Program-made: the position numbers and the translations under genes
IMG/VR virus record: IMGVR_UViG_3300044949_001773
Span: 1 to 64,000 of that record
DNA: 64,000 nucleotides
Source: a virus
Reading direction: 5' to 3' (one strand)
Notes under the pieces: generated by a model
Told to the model about the DNA's origin: nothing
Databases searched by the model: none
The model's input: only the letters and a program-made list of their open reading frames with translations
Shown here: one piece after another, positions 63,538 through 64,000 of the stretch
How the letters are laid out: the number at the start of each line of letters is the position of its first letter
Numbering within the stretch: the stretch's first letter is position 1

Positions 63538-64000
63538 ATGCCTTTACCAACCATTGCGACTCCTACTTATGAACTTGAGTTGCCATCCACAGGAAAAACG
63601 ATTAAATATAGACCATTCCTAGTAAAAGAAGAAAAACTTTTAGTTTTAGCACTAGAATCGGAAGACATTAAAGAGATTTCTAATGCTATTACTGCTGTAT
63701 TGAAATCTTGTATTCAGACAAAGGGCGTAAAGGTAGAGACTTTACCCACATTTGATATTGAATTTTTATTTTTAAATATTCGCGCCAAATCTGTTGGTGA
63801 AGAAATTGAAGTTAATATTACAGCGCCTGATGATAATCAAACACAGGTTTTAGTAAAACTTAATGTTGATGATATAAAAGTACAGAAGAGTAAAAACCAT
63901 AATAAAACAATAAAACTTGATGATAGTCTAATGATGGACATGAAATACCCATCATTAGATCAATTCATTAAAAACAACTTTGACTTTACGGGAACTTCTT
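63538..64000 (+). CDS. gp26: Baseplate hub protein (gp26), 3'-truncated
   Basis: MPLPTIATPTYELELPSTG..IKYRPFLVKEEK and FDIEFLFLNIRAKSVGE. Confidence 0.92.
   Translation, partial: MPLPTIATPTYELELPSTGKTIKYRPFLVKEEKLLVLALESEDIKEISNAITAVLKSCIQTKGVKVETLPTFDIEFLFLNIRAKSVGEEIEVNITAPDDNQTQVLVKLNVDDIKVQKSKNHNKTIKLDDSLMMDMKYPSLDQFIKNNFDFTGTS

Overview
AT-rich segment of a T4-like cyanomyovirus genome (Kyanoviridae-type, probably freshwater). Almost all genes are on the + strand. In order: (1) replication core (gp44 partial, gp62, regA, hsp20, gp43, uvsX, a free-standing HNH endonuclease, gp41, mazG); (2) a block of late, probably head-packaged proteins with T4-type capsid-targeting or LxE processing motifs; (3) primase and nrdAB; (4) a cluster of 11 tRNA-like genes with interspersed structured RNAs; (5) an auxiliary island with gnd, ndhP, many tiny membrane peptides, a wcaG RNA and an 8-kb glycosyl/methyltransferase cluster, a porin, pstS, two hli, petF and a peroxiredoxin; (6) a C39 peptidase and GH24 lysozyme apparently joined by a programmed -1 frameshift; (7) structural genes and an S8 protease; (8) psbA split by a 258-nt group I intron, followed by a GIY-YIG-like endonuclease; (9) nrdC, speD, an NtcA box with tandem glutamine riboswitches (one enclosing a whole 51-aa ORF in its P2 stem), thyX, phoH, an exonuclease, gp33, gp59, gp32 and baseplate/head-completion genes. 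All calls come from reading the sequence and recalling family motifs. No database search or folding program was run.
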